Of a stretch of 64,000 nt of DNA, positions 34,446-43,843 are shown in pieces. A program made the position numbers and the translations under genes. The stretch lies in the IMG/VR virus record IMGVR_UViG_3300032050_000122, one strand, 5' to 3'. The stretch is from a virus. The stretch's first letter is position 1. Each line of letters starts with the position of its first letter. Under the pieces are notes generated by a model, which saw only the letters and a list, made by a program, of their open reading frames with translations, was not told the origin of the DNA and did no database searches.

Positions 34446-34940
34446 TCATTTCTTCTCCAAGAGCTTGAAGGTTTTATCCTTCAAAGGAACCTTTGAGTAG
34501 TTCACCCAAAGTTGACCCATTTCTCTCTTCTCCATGTCCATCAGGACAAGATTCGTGAAGTGCCTATATGACGCAAGAGCAGACTCAGAACAACCGGCTA
34601 TGAAAGCCACGAGCCATTGTTGTAGAGTCCCGCTTACAATCACATACTCTTCATCGAAGCTGACGGTGAAGTTGAGATTGCATTCTTCAATGATCTCGAT
34701 TCTATCACGTTCTTTCGGGCACTTGAGTAAGTACACGTAATGCTCGTGTCTTAACAATGACCCAAGATTCGTGAAGTTGCATGGCACATCCTTGAAGTCT
34801 GTCAAGGTTGCCAAGTATGCAAGCGAATGATTCGGTGGTAGCCGTAAGCTGTCGATCTTAGGCGACTTCTCAAAGCTCTTGATAAGCTGCAAGAAGTTGT
34901 TCATATCGACAACTGTCTTGCCCATGAATGCTATTTGCAT
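34446..34940 (-). CDS. hypothetical protein
   Basis: 164 aa ORF. Confidence 0.45.
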   Translation of the reverse strand: MQIAFMGKTVVDMNNFLQLIKSFEKSPKIDSLRLPPNHSLAYLATLTDFKDVPCNFTNLGSLLRHEHYVYLLKCPKERDRIEIIEECNLNFTVSFDEEYVIVSGTLQQWLVAFIAGCSESALASYRHFTNLVLMDMEKREMGQLWVNYSKVPLKDKTFKLLEKK

Positions 34941-35015
34941 GTGTCACCCTTAAGAGATGGGCGGGAGGGAATAGTAATCGCCGCTCAACAACCACTAACA
35001 TCTCAACCGCCCAAA

Positions 35016-35072
35016 CTGACTTGCTGGGACTCGAACCCAGTGCCCTCGCTAGCGAGGTATCCAATCAAGTCA
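35016..35072 (-). ncRNA. tRNA-like minihelix (acceptor stem, hairpin, T-arm; no D or anticodon arm)
   Basis: Minus strand UGACUUG-auuggaua-CCUCGCuaGCGAGG-gca-CUGGG-UUCGAGU-CCCAG-CAAGUCA-g; perfect 7-bp acceptor and canonical T-arm, 57 nt. Confidence 0.35.
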
Positions 35073-35104
35073 ACACAACTGACTACCCAGTTGTCAAGGA
35101 TCAA

Positions 35105-35836
35105 CTATCGGTCCCGCTTGGGTTGGCCTTCTTCCTTCTTGACCACTTCGACTTCCGATTCCTTCGGGTTGGCAAACTTCGTCGCCTGCTCGATGATTTC
35201 TTCCATCGACGGAATGCTGAACTGAGTCGAGCACTGGGTGGCGACGGGACCGTGCCACTTGTACTTGTCAGTCTTGATGAGGTTTGCCTTGAGCGTCATC
35301 GGACGCGGGCCTTGGCCAGGATCGCCGTTCGGGAAATCGGCCGTGATGTGGGCCGGATTCGGCGGACGCGGACAGAACGAACGGATGTTCGGGGCTTCAC
35401 GGCGGCTCGTCTTGCTGTTGCAGTAGAACGTGGCGAAGCAACGAGCGGGCAGTTCAGGAACCCAGAACAGGAACTCGATACCGTACATGCAGCCCGAGTC
35501 CTTGATTTCCGACTTCTCTTTGATCGTCAAGAACGTCGTCGATTTCGGATCGTAGCTGCTGAGAATGCCTTCACCGATCTGCATGGCCTTGTAACGCCAC
35601 GCAATCGCGAGGACGTTGAACTCAGCGGTCAGGTCTTCGATCTTGTCCTTCTGACGGACGAGACCGTAGCGGCCGATTCCAATGAGTCCTTCTTTGCACG
35701 CATTGCTGTTCCCGCCATAGAGCGAGATGTACGGGAGGAAAGACCCAGCGGCGACAACATCGCCCCAAGCCTTGTCGTCCTGCGTGTGGACCGACATCGG
35801 AAAATTCTGATTGAGAGTGGAAAGGTCTGTGGACAT
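35105..35836 (-). CDS. hypothetical protein
   Basis: Start moved to MSTDLSTLN (ATG at 35836); 243 aa. Confidence 0.45.
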   Translation of the reverse strand: MSTDLSTLNQNFPMSVHTQDDKAWGDVVAAGSFLPYISLYGGNSNACKEGLIGIGRYGLVRQKDKIEDLTAEFNVLAIAWRYKAMQIGEGILSSYDPKSTTFLTIKEKSEIKDSGCMYGIEFLFWVPELPARCFATFYCNSKTSRREAPNIRSFCPRPPNPAHITADFPNGDPGQGPRPMTLKANLIKTDKYKWHGPVATQCSTQFSIPSMEEIIEQATKFANPKESEVEVVKKEEGQPKRDR

Positions 35837-36003
35837 TGTGTAAAGTCTCTTGAAGAAATACTTTTGGTAAGGTAACAGTATTTTGACCATGAACTGTCAA
35901 TCATGCTTCAGGGTGCATTGGTCGTAAGAATCCTGAAATCCGGCCTGTACTTAATCAGATACAGTATCAACCTGATCAGCCACAGGCCGGGATACTGCTT
36001 CGA

Positions 36004-36978
36004 TTACGCAGCCGCGACAGGAGCATTCAGCTTGGCGACTTCTTGCGCCGCTTCCTGAGCCTTGCGTTGAGCACGTTCGGCCGCAGCCTGAACGCGTTCC
36101 GCTTCGGCCGTCTTCTTGCGTTGTTCGTCCTTGGCCTTGGCGGCTTCGATCGAACGATTGTCAAGATGCACGGCGTACTTGAGGCCGAGAAGGAATCCTT
36201 CTTCGGCGGTCTTGATTCCAGCTTCACGACAAAGCTGGGGTCCGATGACCGGCGTCTCAAGCTCTTGCTTGATTTCGGCGGTCTTGCGGGCACGGGCGAC
36301 GGCGACGAAGCCTTCCGGATTCGCAGCGCGACCTTGACGACGGGCCTTGTCGAGTTCTTGCTTGCGGGCCTGAACGGTTCCGCCGAACTCTTGAGGATTC
36401 ATCGACTGGGCGCGATCAATGAACGCGGCCTGTTCGTCTTCCGGCAGCTTGGCCAGGACGTAGGCGTTGCTCAGGTTGATTTTGCCACCATCGACGAGGG
36501 CACCGACGGCTGCCGTCAGCTTCGTGAGGCCGAGGCGTTCCTTGAGCCACGTGTCGCTCTTGTGCAACTTCTGAGCCATCTGGCTGAAAGTCGTCAGAGG
36601 ATTGCGGCCCATGAGACGCTGGAGAGCCTTGCTGTACTCGACAGGCTTGGTCTCGATCTTGTGGATGTTACCGAGAATCTGCGCTTCCTCGACTTCGGCG
36701 TCGCTCATCGAGCGAACCTGGGCGGGAATCGTTTCCTTGCCGGCGTCGAGCGACCCGGTGTAACGATGCAGACCTTCGATGATTCCGTAGAACAGTTCGC
36801 CAGTGGTGGCGTCCTTCACTTCGCGGACGAGGATGGGATTCAGGATGCCGACATCCTTGATGGAATCAACCAACTGAATGTACTCGACATTCGTGCGGTT
36901 GACACCACGCAACGCAACCGGATTCTCGCGAATCTGGCTGAGCGGGATGTGCTTCAATTGGGTCAACTCATTGGACAT
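36004..36978 (-). CDS. ParB-like partition/DNA-binding protein
   Basis: IPLSQIRENPVALR ... GILNPILVR ... GLHR (ParB N-domain) and an Ala/Glu/Lys-rich C-terminus; start at MSNELTQ with GGAG RBS. Confidence 0.65.
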   Translation of the reverse strand: MSNELTQLKHIPLSQIRENPVALRGVNRTNVEYIQLVDSIKDVGILNPILVREVKDATTGELFYGIIEGLHRYTGSLDAGKETIPAQVRSMSDAEVEEAQILGNIHKIETKPVEYSKALQRLMGRNPLTTFSQMAQKLHKSDTWLKERLGLTKLTAAVGALVDGGKINLSNAYVLAKLPEDEQAAFIDRAQSMNPQEFGGTVQARKQELDKARRQGRAANPEGFVAVARARKTAEIKQELETPVIGPQLCREAGIKTAEEGFLLGLKYAVHLDNRSIEAAKAKDEQRKKTAEAERVQAAAERAQRKAQEAAQEVAKLNAPVAAA

Positions 36979-37034
36979 GGAACAAACTCCAGAGTGTGTT
37001 GCGATTCGTCGATCGCAGGTTGAAAATCGTTCAC

Positions 37035-37055
37035 GAATCAAATCTGATTTGATTC
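37035..37055. promoter_or_regulatory. perfect palindrome GAATCAAATC-t-GATTTGATTC (parS or operator-like), copy 1
   Basis: Located 57 bp upstream of the ParB-like gene start within a 300-bp dyad-symmetric divergent region. Confidence 0.5.
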
Positions 37056-37317
37056 ACGGTGAAGCGGAACAGCCTCATATAGCATGGTCCGAAATGGCGT
37101 TTCTTGTTTCAACAATTCCGGCGGAACTCGCCTATTATAATGGCGCGTTTTGCGCCCTACTAATTTCTTCCTTTCCCTTACTCTCTTATAGCGAAGCTAG
37201 TTAGAACGGTTTGCATTAAAAGAGTAAGGGAAAGAGGGAAAAAATAGTAGGTCAACAATTCTTGAAACAATTTCGCCCGTTTCGGACCATGCTAATTAGA
37301 CCGTTCCGCTATCTTGT

Positions 37318-37338
37318 GAATCTAATCAGATTTGATTC
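37318..37338. promoter_or_regulatory. palindrome GAATCTAATC-a-GATTTGATTC (one mismatch), copy 2
   Basis: Just upstream of the primase-polymerase start; flanks the large inverted repeat centred near 37190. Confidence 0.45.
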
Positions 37339-37355
37339 GTAAATGGAGGATTCCT

Positions 37356-40058
37356 GTGCTGAGAAGCGAAGCAATCAAAAAATTGCTCGTTGCTAAAACC
37401 CATGCTGACCTAGCAGAAATGTATTCCAAAAACATGGAAGTTCAATTCAACGTCGCACAAGATGGTGGCGACCGGATTGAGGAAGATTTCAAAGGGCGAA
37501 CACTCCACAGTTATACCGATGGTATTAACAAGTGGAGCCACTTTCGGATTCCGCGTAATGCGAAGACCGAACCCGAAGATAATGATTGCCCCGTATACGG
37601 GGACATCTATCAACATGCCGAAGGCGTTGGCATGACGGGTTGGGACTGGCAGAATCGCTTGAGCCGATGGGTCGCCTACGATTTCGACGCCATGACAGGT
37701 CACTCGGATAAGCACGAGAAGAAGATGACCGACGAGGAGCTTCAACAACTCCGAGAAGTAGTATCCGCGATTCCGTGGGTCACTATCCGATTATCAACGT
37801 CAGGCAAGGGTATCCACCTGTACGTGATGCTTGACCCAGTACCCACGCAGAATCATACGGAACACGCCGCCCTCGCTCGGGCGATTCTTGGGTTGATGGC
37901 TTCGATTACTGGCTATGATTTCCAATCGAAGGTTGACACCTGCGGCGGTAATATGTGGGTCTGGCATCGTAAGATGACCGGCACCAAAGGATTATCCGTC
38001 GTAAAGCAAGGAACGATTCTTACGGACATTCCACAGAATTGGCGTGATCACATTCGCGTCGTGAGTGGTGCGTCGCGTCGCACGTTGCCTGCATTCGTTA
38101 CGGAGAACAGCGAAGCGAATCCGAATCTTGAAGACATGTTTGAGGAAGTAACTGGCACGAAGACTTTGATTCCGCTCGACAATGAACACAAGCGATTAAT
38201 CGCTTTCATGCACGAGAACAGATGTTGTGCCTGGTGGGATCAAGATCATCACATGCTTGTCACGCACACGGTACACCTACAAGAAGCTTTCAACAAGCTG
38301 AATCTTAAGGGAGTGTTCAAGACAAATGCGAAAGGTGAAAATTACGGCCAAGACCATAACTGCTTCGCTTATCCACTTAGAAGGGGTGCTTGGGCAGTTC
38401 GTCGGTATACACCGGGGGTTGCCGAGGAATCGACGTGGGATCAAGATGGGCAAGGATGGACTCGATGCTACTTCAATCGAGAACTTGATCTCGCAACTGC
38501 GTGTCGCGCATTCAATGCTAATGAAGATGAGAGCGGAGGTTATGTCTTTCGAGAAGCAGAAGTTGCAGCCAAAGCCGCAACTCTCCTTGGAATCGACCTT
38601 GGCATCCCTTCCTGGGCTAATACTCGATCCGCCCTGATTAAAAAGGGCAAGGATGGAAAGTACATTGCTCAGATGGACGCGACCGAACATGATGACCCAC
38701 GAGAGATGACCCAATGGAATCGTAAGGGGAAGAAGTGGTCACGTGTCTTGAGCGGTAAAGCAGAGGTTGCACCCGAGACTGAGGGTCGTAACTATGACGA
38801 AGTTTGCCGGCATATAATCAGTTCGGCCCATTCCAATTTGGGCTGGCTGTTACGTGCAGAGAAAGAATGGATTGACGAACCATTGAATCATGTGTCCATT
38901 GGCTTGAAAGGAATCGTCGGCAAGCAAGCTCTTGTAGATACGATCCTAGGCGAAGCGGCTCTCAAGCCGTGGAAAATCGTGTGCAGACCGTTCGAGCCTG
39001 AGTATCCCAAGATCGCGGGTCGTGTGTGGAATCGGAACGCACCACAATTGCGATTCCGACCCACGAATGCGGACACGCTCTCGTATCCGACATGGCTCAA
39101 GATTCTTACACATTGCGGTAAGAGTCTGAACGAACCAATCAAAAAGAATAACTGGGCCAAGAGTGCAGGTATTCTTACTGGTGCTGATTACTTGAAGGTA
39201 TGGCTCGCATCGCTATTTCAAGAGCCGCTGTGTCCATTACCTTACTTGTTCTTTTATGGGCCACAAGATAGTGGTAAATCTATCTTCCATGAAAGCATCA
39301 GGAATTGTTTGGTTACGTCAGGCGTCGTGCGTGCGGATACAGCCCTGATTAATCAGCAGGGTTTCAATAGTGAATTGGAAAAAGCTGTTCTGTGTGTCGT
39401 TGAAGAAACGAACATGAAGAAGAACAAAGTGGCCTATAATCGAATTAAGGATTGGGTCACTTCCGAAGAGCTTCCTATTCACCCGAAGACAAAGACACCC
39501 TACAGTGTTCTTAACACAACACACTGGGTGCAGACGGCGAATGAGGCAGACGCCGTACCTGTGATGGAAGGTGACACCCGAATCGTTATGGCTTATGTCG
39601 ATGAGCTTTCTCCTACGGATAAAATTCCTAAAAAGATTCTCATGCAAAAGCTGATGAAGGAAGCACCTGACTTCATCGCAGAGTTGTTGCGAATTCAACT
39701 TCCAGATTCTAACGACCGTTTGAACGTGCCAGTGATTGCAACCGAGGAAAAGATCAGGGCACAGCAAGCGAGCCAGAGCTATCTTGATATGTTCTTGGCT
39801 GAGCGTTATTATCATGTTCCTGGCGAAACGATTCTGTTCAAGCAACTCGTTGAAGAGTTCCATGAATGGTTGCCGGGTAATGAACGTGATAACTGGATGA
39901 TGAAAACTATTGGAGAATCGTTGCCGGATAAATACGTTAAGGGACGTAGTACGTCCACTAACCAAGTTATCGTTGGTAACATCTCCAAAAACAAAGATGC
40001 AAAGCCAGGCAAGGCTTTGGTTATTCGCAACGAAAAACTCGTACCATCGGAGACCTAA
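37356..40058 (+). CDS. primase-polymerase (AEP prim-pol) fused to a D5/SF3-like P-loop helicase
   Basis: N-terminal prim-pol motif TIRLSTSGKGIHLYVML; C-terminal Walker A YGPQDSGKS; GTG start with GGAGG RBS (track start 37332 is a TTG). Confidence 0.7.
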   Translation: MLRSEAIKKLLVAKTHADLAEMYSKNMEVQFNVAQDGGDRIEEDFKGRTLHSYTDGINKWSHFRIPRNAKTEPEDNDCPVYGDIYQHAEGVGMTGWDWQNRLSRWVAYDFDAMTGHSDKHEKKMTDEELQQLREVVSAIPWVTIRLSTSGKGIHLYVMLDPVPTQNHTEHAALARAILGLMASITGYDFQSKVDTCGGNMWVWHRKMTGTKGLSVVKQGTILTDIPQNWRDHIRVVSGASRRTLPAFVTENSEANPNLEDMFEEVTGTKTLIPLDNEHKRLIAFMHENRCCAWWDQDHHMLVTHTVHLQEAFNKLNLKGVFKTNAKGENYGQDHNCFAYPLRRGAWAVRRYTPGVAEESTWDQDGQGWTRCYFNRELDLATACRAFNANEDESGGYVFREAEVAAKAATLLGIDLGIPSWANTRSALIKKGKDGKYIAQMDATEHDDPREMTQWNRKGKKWSRVLSGKAEVAPETEGRNYDEVCRHIISSAHSNLGWLLRAEKEWIDEPLNHVSIGLKGIVGKQALVDTILGEAALKPWKIVCRPFEPEYPKIAGRVWNRNAPQLRFRPTNADTLSYPTWLKILTHCGKSLNEPIKKNNWAKSAGILTGADYLKVWLASLFQEPLCPLPYLFFYGPQDSGKSIFHESIRNCLVTSGVVRADTALINQQGFNSELEKAVLCVVEETNMKKNKVAYNRIKDWVTSEELPIHPKTKTPYSVLNTTHWVQTANEADAVPVMEGDTRIVMAYVDELSPTDKIPKKILMQKLMKEAPDFIAELLRIQLPDSNDRLNVPVIATEEKIRAQQASQSYLDMFLAERYYHVPGETILFKQLVEEFHEWLPGNERDNWMMKTIGESLPDKYVKGRSTSTNQVIVGNISKNKDAKPGKALVIRNEKLVPSET

Positions 40059-40061
40059 CCA

Positions 40062-40256
40062 ATGGATGCGATTAACGAAGCCTTCAAAGAACTTACGCCA
40101 GAAGATCGTGATGCTCTAATGGCAGCATTTGATGAACTGATTCCGTTCGTTGTCAAGCTAAGCAACAACAGGTTTTTAGGTGCCCACTGTGGGGAAGATT
40201 CCAGCTTGACTGTGGTCGAAACCAATGGCTACTGGTTTGTGGGTACAATCAAATGA
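40062..40256 (+). CDS. hypothetical protein
   Basis: 64 aa ORF. Confidence 0.35.
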   Translation: MDAINEAFKELTPEDRDALMAAFDELIPFVVKLSNNRFLGAHCGEDSSLTVVETNGYWFVGTIK

Positions 40257-40528
40257 AAGTCATAGCAATTGATGATCCAAGACGTATGGCAATCCGGTTC
40301 TTGAGCCAAGAAATTAGGCTCAAGCATCCGGGTTGCAATATCTTGGTAATCGCAGCAAATCATGTCAAGCTTGAAAGTCTATGCAAAGTAGATTATTGCT
40401 TCTTGACTGAGGCTGAACCCTGTGAGGTTGAAGCTTTGAATGGAAAGTTCTACACTCTTAAGGAGGTAGAAACAATGAGAGAATATCACGCGGAAGTGAT
40501 GGCTCTATTACCGGAGATTCTTGCATGA
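40253..40528 (+). CDS. hypothetical protein
   Basis: 91 aa; 4-nt overlaps. Confidence 0.4.
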   Translation: MKVIAIDDPRRMAIRFLSQEIRLKHPGCNILVIAANHVKLESLCKVDYCFLTEAEPCEVEALNGKFYTLKEVETMREYHAEVMALLPEILA

Positions 40529-41163
40529 AGTTGCTTGATCTCTTTTGTGGTGCTGGTGGTTGCTCAATGGGTTATGCTCGTGCAGGGTTTACTTGTACGG
40601 GTATAGACATCAACCCGCATCCTGATTATCCCTTTGAGTTCTTACTCGACGATGCGTTGTGTATTGACTTTAGGGATTACGATGTTGTTCACGCTTCACC
40701 GCCCTGCCAATTGTTCTCAGTGTCCGCTTCTGGTGACGGAGGCGGACATCCAGATTACGTAGAACCGATTCGAGAACGTCTACGTGCATGGGGTGGGCCT
40801 TATGTAATCGAGAACGTGGTTGGTTGTCCACTGATTGATCCTATCATGCTTTGCGGAACAGAATTTAATCTGCAAGCTAAGTGTGAGGATGGAATCGTTA
40901 GACAACTACGACGGCACCGATTATTTGAGTCGAATGTTGCACTCCAGAACAATGGCGGCTGCAAACATAGTGGACGAGCAATCTCCGTAGTAGGTCATTC
41001 AGGTGGCGTGAAGGCAACTCGTTCTGGAGAGTATCAAGCCACCAAAGCTACTGCTAAGATTGCAATGGGCATTGACTGGATGTTGCACGAGGACATCACT
41101 CAAGCTATACCGCCAGCATACACTGAACACATAGGCCGACAAATCATGGAGTATCTTGCATGA
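40525..41163 (+). CDS. DNA cytosine-5 methyltransferase (short, Dcm-like)
   Basis: Motif I DLFCGAGG, motif IV PPCQ, motif VI ENV; only 212 aa. Confidence 0.7.
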   Translation: MKLLDLFCGAGGCSMGYARAGFTCTGIDINPHPDYPFEFLLDDALCIDFRDYDVVHASPPCQLFSVSASGDGGGHPDYVEPIRERLRAWGGPYVIENVVGCPLIDPIMLCGTEFNLQAKCEDGIVRQLRRHRLFESNVALQNNGGCKHSGRAISVVGHSGGVKATRSGEYQATKATAKIAMGIDWMLHEDITQAIPPAYTEHIGRQIMEYLA

Positions 41164-42032
41164 GCGAAGACCTGTTGCGTCTGTACGCAGACCTCGACGA
41201 CACGGCAGTCACACGTGAGAACTACGTTCGTGCACCATTCAACTATCCTGGCAACAAGAAGGAATCACTCGAACACTTACTCCCCTTACTCCCCACTACG
41301 GATGTTTGGGTTGATGTGTTTGGTGGCACTGGAGTTGTCACTCTTAATCGGCGTCCTTCGAGACTCGAAGTCTTTAATGACCGATGGAGTGGCATTGTTG
41401 CTTTCTATCGTTGCATTCGTGAACCTGCGAAGCTCGACGCACTAATCGACAGACTTCGATTGTGCGTCCACTCGCGTGAAGAGTTCATGTGGTGCAAACA
41501 AACGTGGGAGAATCCCACGGACGACATCGAACGTGCGGCACGTTGGTACTACATGATCCAATGTAGTTTCGCTTGTCGTGGGTTGTTCTTCGGACGTATT
41601 CTTGGACCGGCTACGCCGATTGCCAAGAAGATTTCCGAAAATCTCCCGTTGTTCTATGAAGTGCATCTTCGGATGCGAGATGTCCAAGTTGAAAACCTGG
41701 ACTTTCGAGAATGCTTCAAGGACTACGATTCTTCACAAACAGTCTTTTACCTTGATCCACCCTACTACGAAAACAACATCTACGCTGTCAACTTCACAAA
41801 GCAAGACCATGTGGAAATGCTCGACAAGGTTTTCAAGCTGAAAGGCTTTGTTGCTTTGTCTGGGTATAAGAACGATTTGTACGACAAGTTTCCTTGGGAC
41901 TCAGTACACAAATGGTCACGCCAAGACAAGATGGCTACAATGTCTACGAAAACTGATACCAGTTGCGTAGCTGGGTTGGATATTGAGCGTGAGGAGAAAA
42001 CTGAGTACCTCTGGATAAAGGAATCGTGGTAA
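41160..42032 (+). CDS. DNA N6-adenine methyltransferase (Dam/D12 class)
   Basis: FNYPGNK, DVFGGTG (FxGxG) and DPPY motifs. Confidence 0.7.
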   Translation: MSEDLLRLYADLDDTAVTRENYVRAPFNYPGNKKESLEHLLPLLPTTDVWVDVFGGTGVVTLNRRPSRLEVFNDRWSGIVAFYRCIREPAKLDALIDRLRLCVHSREEFMWCKQTWENPTDDIERAARWYYMIQCSFACRGLFFGRILGPATPIAKKISENLPLFYEVHLRMRDVQVENLDFRECFKDYDSSQTVFYLDPPYYENNIYAVNFTKQDHVEMLDKVFKLKGFVALSGYKNDLYDKFPWDSVHKWSRQDKMATMSTKTDTSCVAGLDIEREEKTEYLWIKESW

Positions 42033-42033
42033 A

Positions 42034-42543
42034 ATGTACAAACCAATTACAGGTTGGTCTATCGAACATTTGTTCAAATTTTGTGGCAAAATCCAAAAGA
42101 CTGATTTTCATTGGCTCTGGACTGGGACCATCTGTAAAAGAGATGGCTATGGCATATTTACTATTAGGAACAATAATTATTATGCTCATAGAATTTCTTG
42201 GTTTGTACACCATCAAGAAGACCCTGGAGTTAACTTTGTACTGCACAAAGTTGATTGTCATTTACGACTTTGCATAAACCCAAATCATTTATATTTGGGT
42301 TCAAAATCGGACAACAATTTTGATCGTACTTTGAATGGAACTAACATCCAACAAGGAAGTTTTAATGGCAATACTAAATTCTCAGATGAAAACATCTTAG
42401 ATATTAGACACCGTTATCAGGCAGGAGAAACACAAAAGTCACTTGCTAAATTTTATGCTGTACACAAGTGTACTATTTACAGAATCGTAAATAACATAAG
42501 ATTTGCAACTGTTGGAGATAAAACAAAATGTCTCACAAACTAA
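42034..42543 (+). mobile_element. HNH homing endonuclease
   Basis: HWLWTG...DGYG...HR.SW...CHLRLCINPNHLYLG; paralogous to the HNH gene at 24195. Confidence 0.65.
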
Positions 42544-43142
42544 TGGCGCACCTTAACGGCCATTTGCTCTGTTCTATCGACGTAGAAACAACTGGCTCCC
42601 GACCCGGCTTTCATGACATCATCCAAATTGCGGTGATTCCATTGGACGGGTTGTTAAAGCCTGACGGGAATCGAATACCCTTCCTGTTGGACATGTGTCC
42701 GAAGCGGCCGCAAAACGCCGAGCCGGATGCAATGGCTTGTAACAAGCGAGAGCTTGCCGAGCTTGTTCTCAGGGGTGTCGACGCCGATCGTGCTGCTGAT
42801 CTTTTTGTTGAATGGGTCGAGAATCAAAAGCTCGGCTTCAACAAACGGATTATGCCGTTAGGTGCAAACTGGCCTTTTGATCGTTCGCACATCATGGAGT
42901 GGCTCGGACCCAAGACATATGAAATGTTGTTCGATTCGCAGTTCCGAGACACGATGACCGTGGCGACGTTCCTCAATGATCTTGCTTCGATTCGTGGGCT
43001 ACCTTACCCGTACCCCAAAGTGAACCTGAGCTACCTCTGCAACATCTTCCGCATCGAACGGACGAAGTCACACGATGCGACTGATGATGCACGGGTCACG
43101 GCCGAAGTGTATGCGAATCTTCTCAAGCAATTCGGTGCTTGA
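42528..43142 (+). CDS. DEDDh 3'-5' exonuclease (DnaQ-like)
   Basis: Exo I CSIDVETTG and Exo III HDATDDARVTAEVY. Confidence 0.65.
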   Translation: MSHKLMAHLNGHLLCSIDVETTGSRPGFHDIIQIAVIPLDGLLKPDGNRIPFLLDMCPKRPQNAEPDAMACNKRELAELVLRGVDADRAADLFVEWVENQKLGFNKRIMPLGANWPFDRSHIMEWLGPKTYEMLFDSQFRDTMTVATFLNDLASIRGLPYPYPKVNLSYLCNIFRIERTKSHDATDDARVTAEVYANLLKQFGA

Positions 43143-43654
43143 TGAGTATTATCAAGCATTTCAAAAATGAGTCTATGTCTGAGTACATAGACAAGGTGGT
43201 GTTAATGGGCGACCAACCCAAGGCACCTTTAGGAGTGATCATGACAGAGCCAATCAAAAACGACAAGTTTGTTGTGAAGGACTCCGGCGAACGGCGACAG
43301 TTTGAAACTGGTGCAGTTCGAGACAAGGCTGTTGGTAAGGGTCGCTTCGACCTGATTCCTGCTTATCCTCTGCATCGGTTGGCCAAGCTTTACGAAGCTG
43401 GTGCAATCAAGTATGCAGATCGAAATTGGGAAAAGGGAATGCCGACTGGTCAGTTCATGGATAGTGCTTTCCGGCACTTGATGAACTACCAAGACGGTGA
43501 TCGTAGTGAAGATCACCTGACGGCTGTCGTTTGGAACATGTTCGGGTTGATTTGGACCCAAGAGATGGTCAAACGCGGCAAGCTCCCGGAATCGTTACTC
43601 ACGCTTCCTGAACCGAAAGAACTCGATGGGACAACGCAAGACGTACCTTTCTAA
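43139..43654 (+). CDS. hypothetical protein
   Basis: 171 aa; conserved-looking RLAKLYEAGAIKYADRNWEKG segment of unknown function. Confidence 0.45.
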   Translation: MMSIIKHFKNESMSEYIDKVVLMGDQPKAPLGVIMTEPIKNDKFVVKDSGERRQFETGAVRDKAVGKGRFDLIPAYPLHRLAKLYEAGAIKYADRNWEKGMPTGQFMDSAFRHLMNYQDGDRSEDHLTAVVWNMFGLIWTQEMVKRGKLPESLLTLPEPKELDGTTQDVPF

Positions 43655-43660
43655 CGTCGG

Positions 43661-43734
43661 GGCGGCATAGCTCAATTGGATAGAGCGTCGGTCTACGAAG
43701 CCGAAGGTTGGGAGTTCGAATCTCTCTGTCGCTA
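43661..43734 (+). tRNA. tRNA-Arg (anticodon ACG)
   Basis: Acceptor GGCGGCA/UGUCGCU, D-arm GCUC-AAUUGGAUA-GAGC, anticodon arm UCGGU-CUACGAA-GCCGA, T-arm GGGAG-UUCGAAU-CUCUC. Confidence 0.75.
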
Positions 43735-43843
43735 ATGTTGATTCGCGTCAGGATCAACAACACGCACTTGGTGCGGTCTCTGTAACTGGGCTTACATAAG
43801 CAGGCTTACCAGAGCTATGCAAGACTCCTAACGGAGTAGTCCG

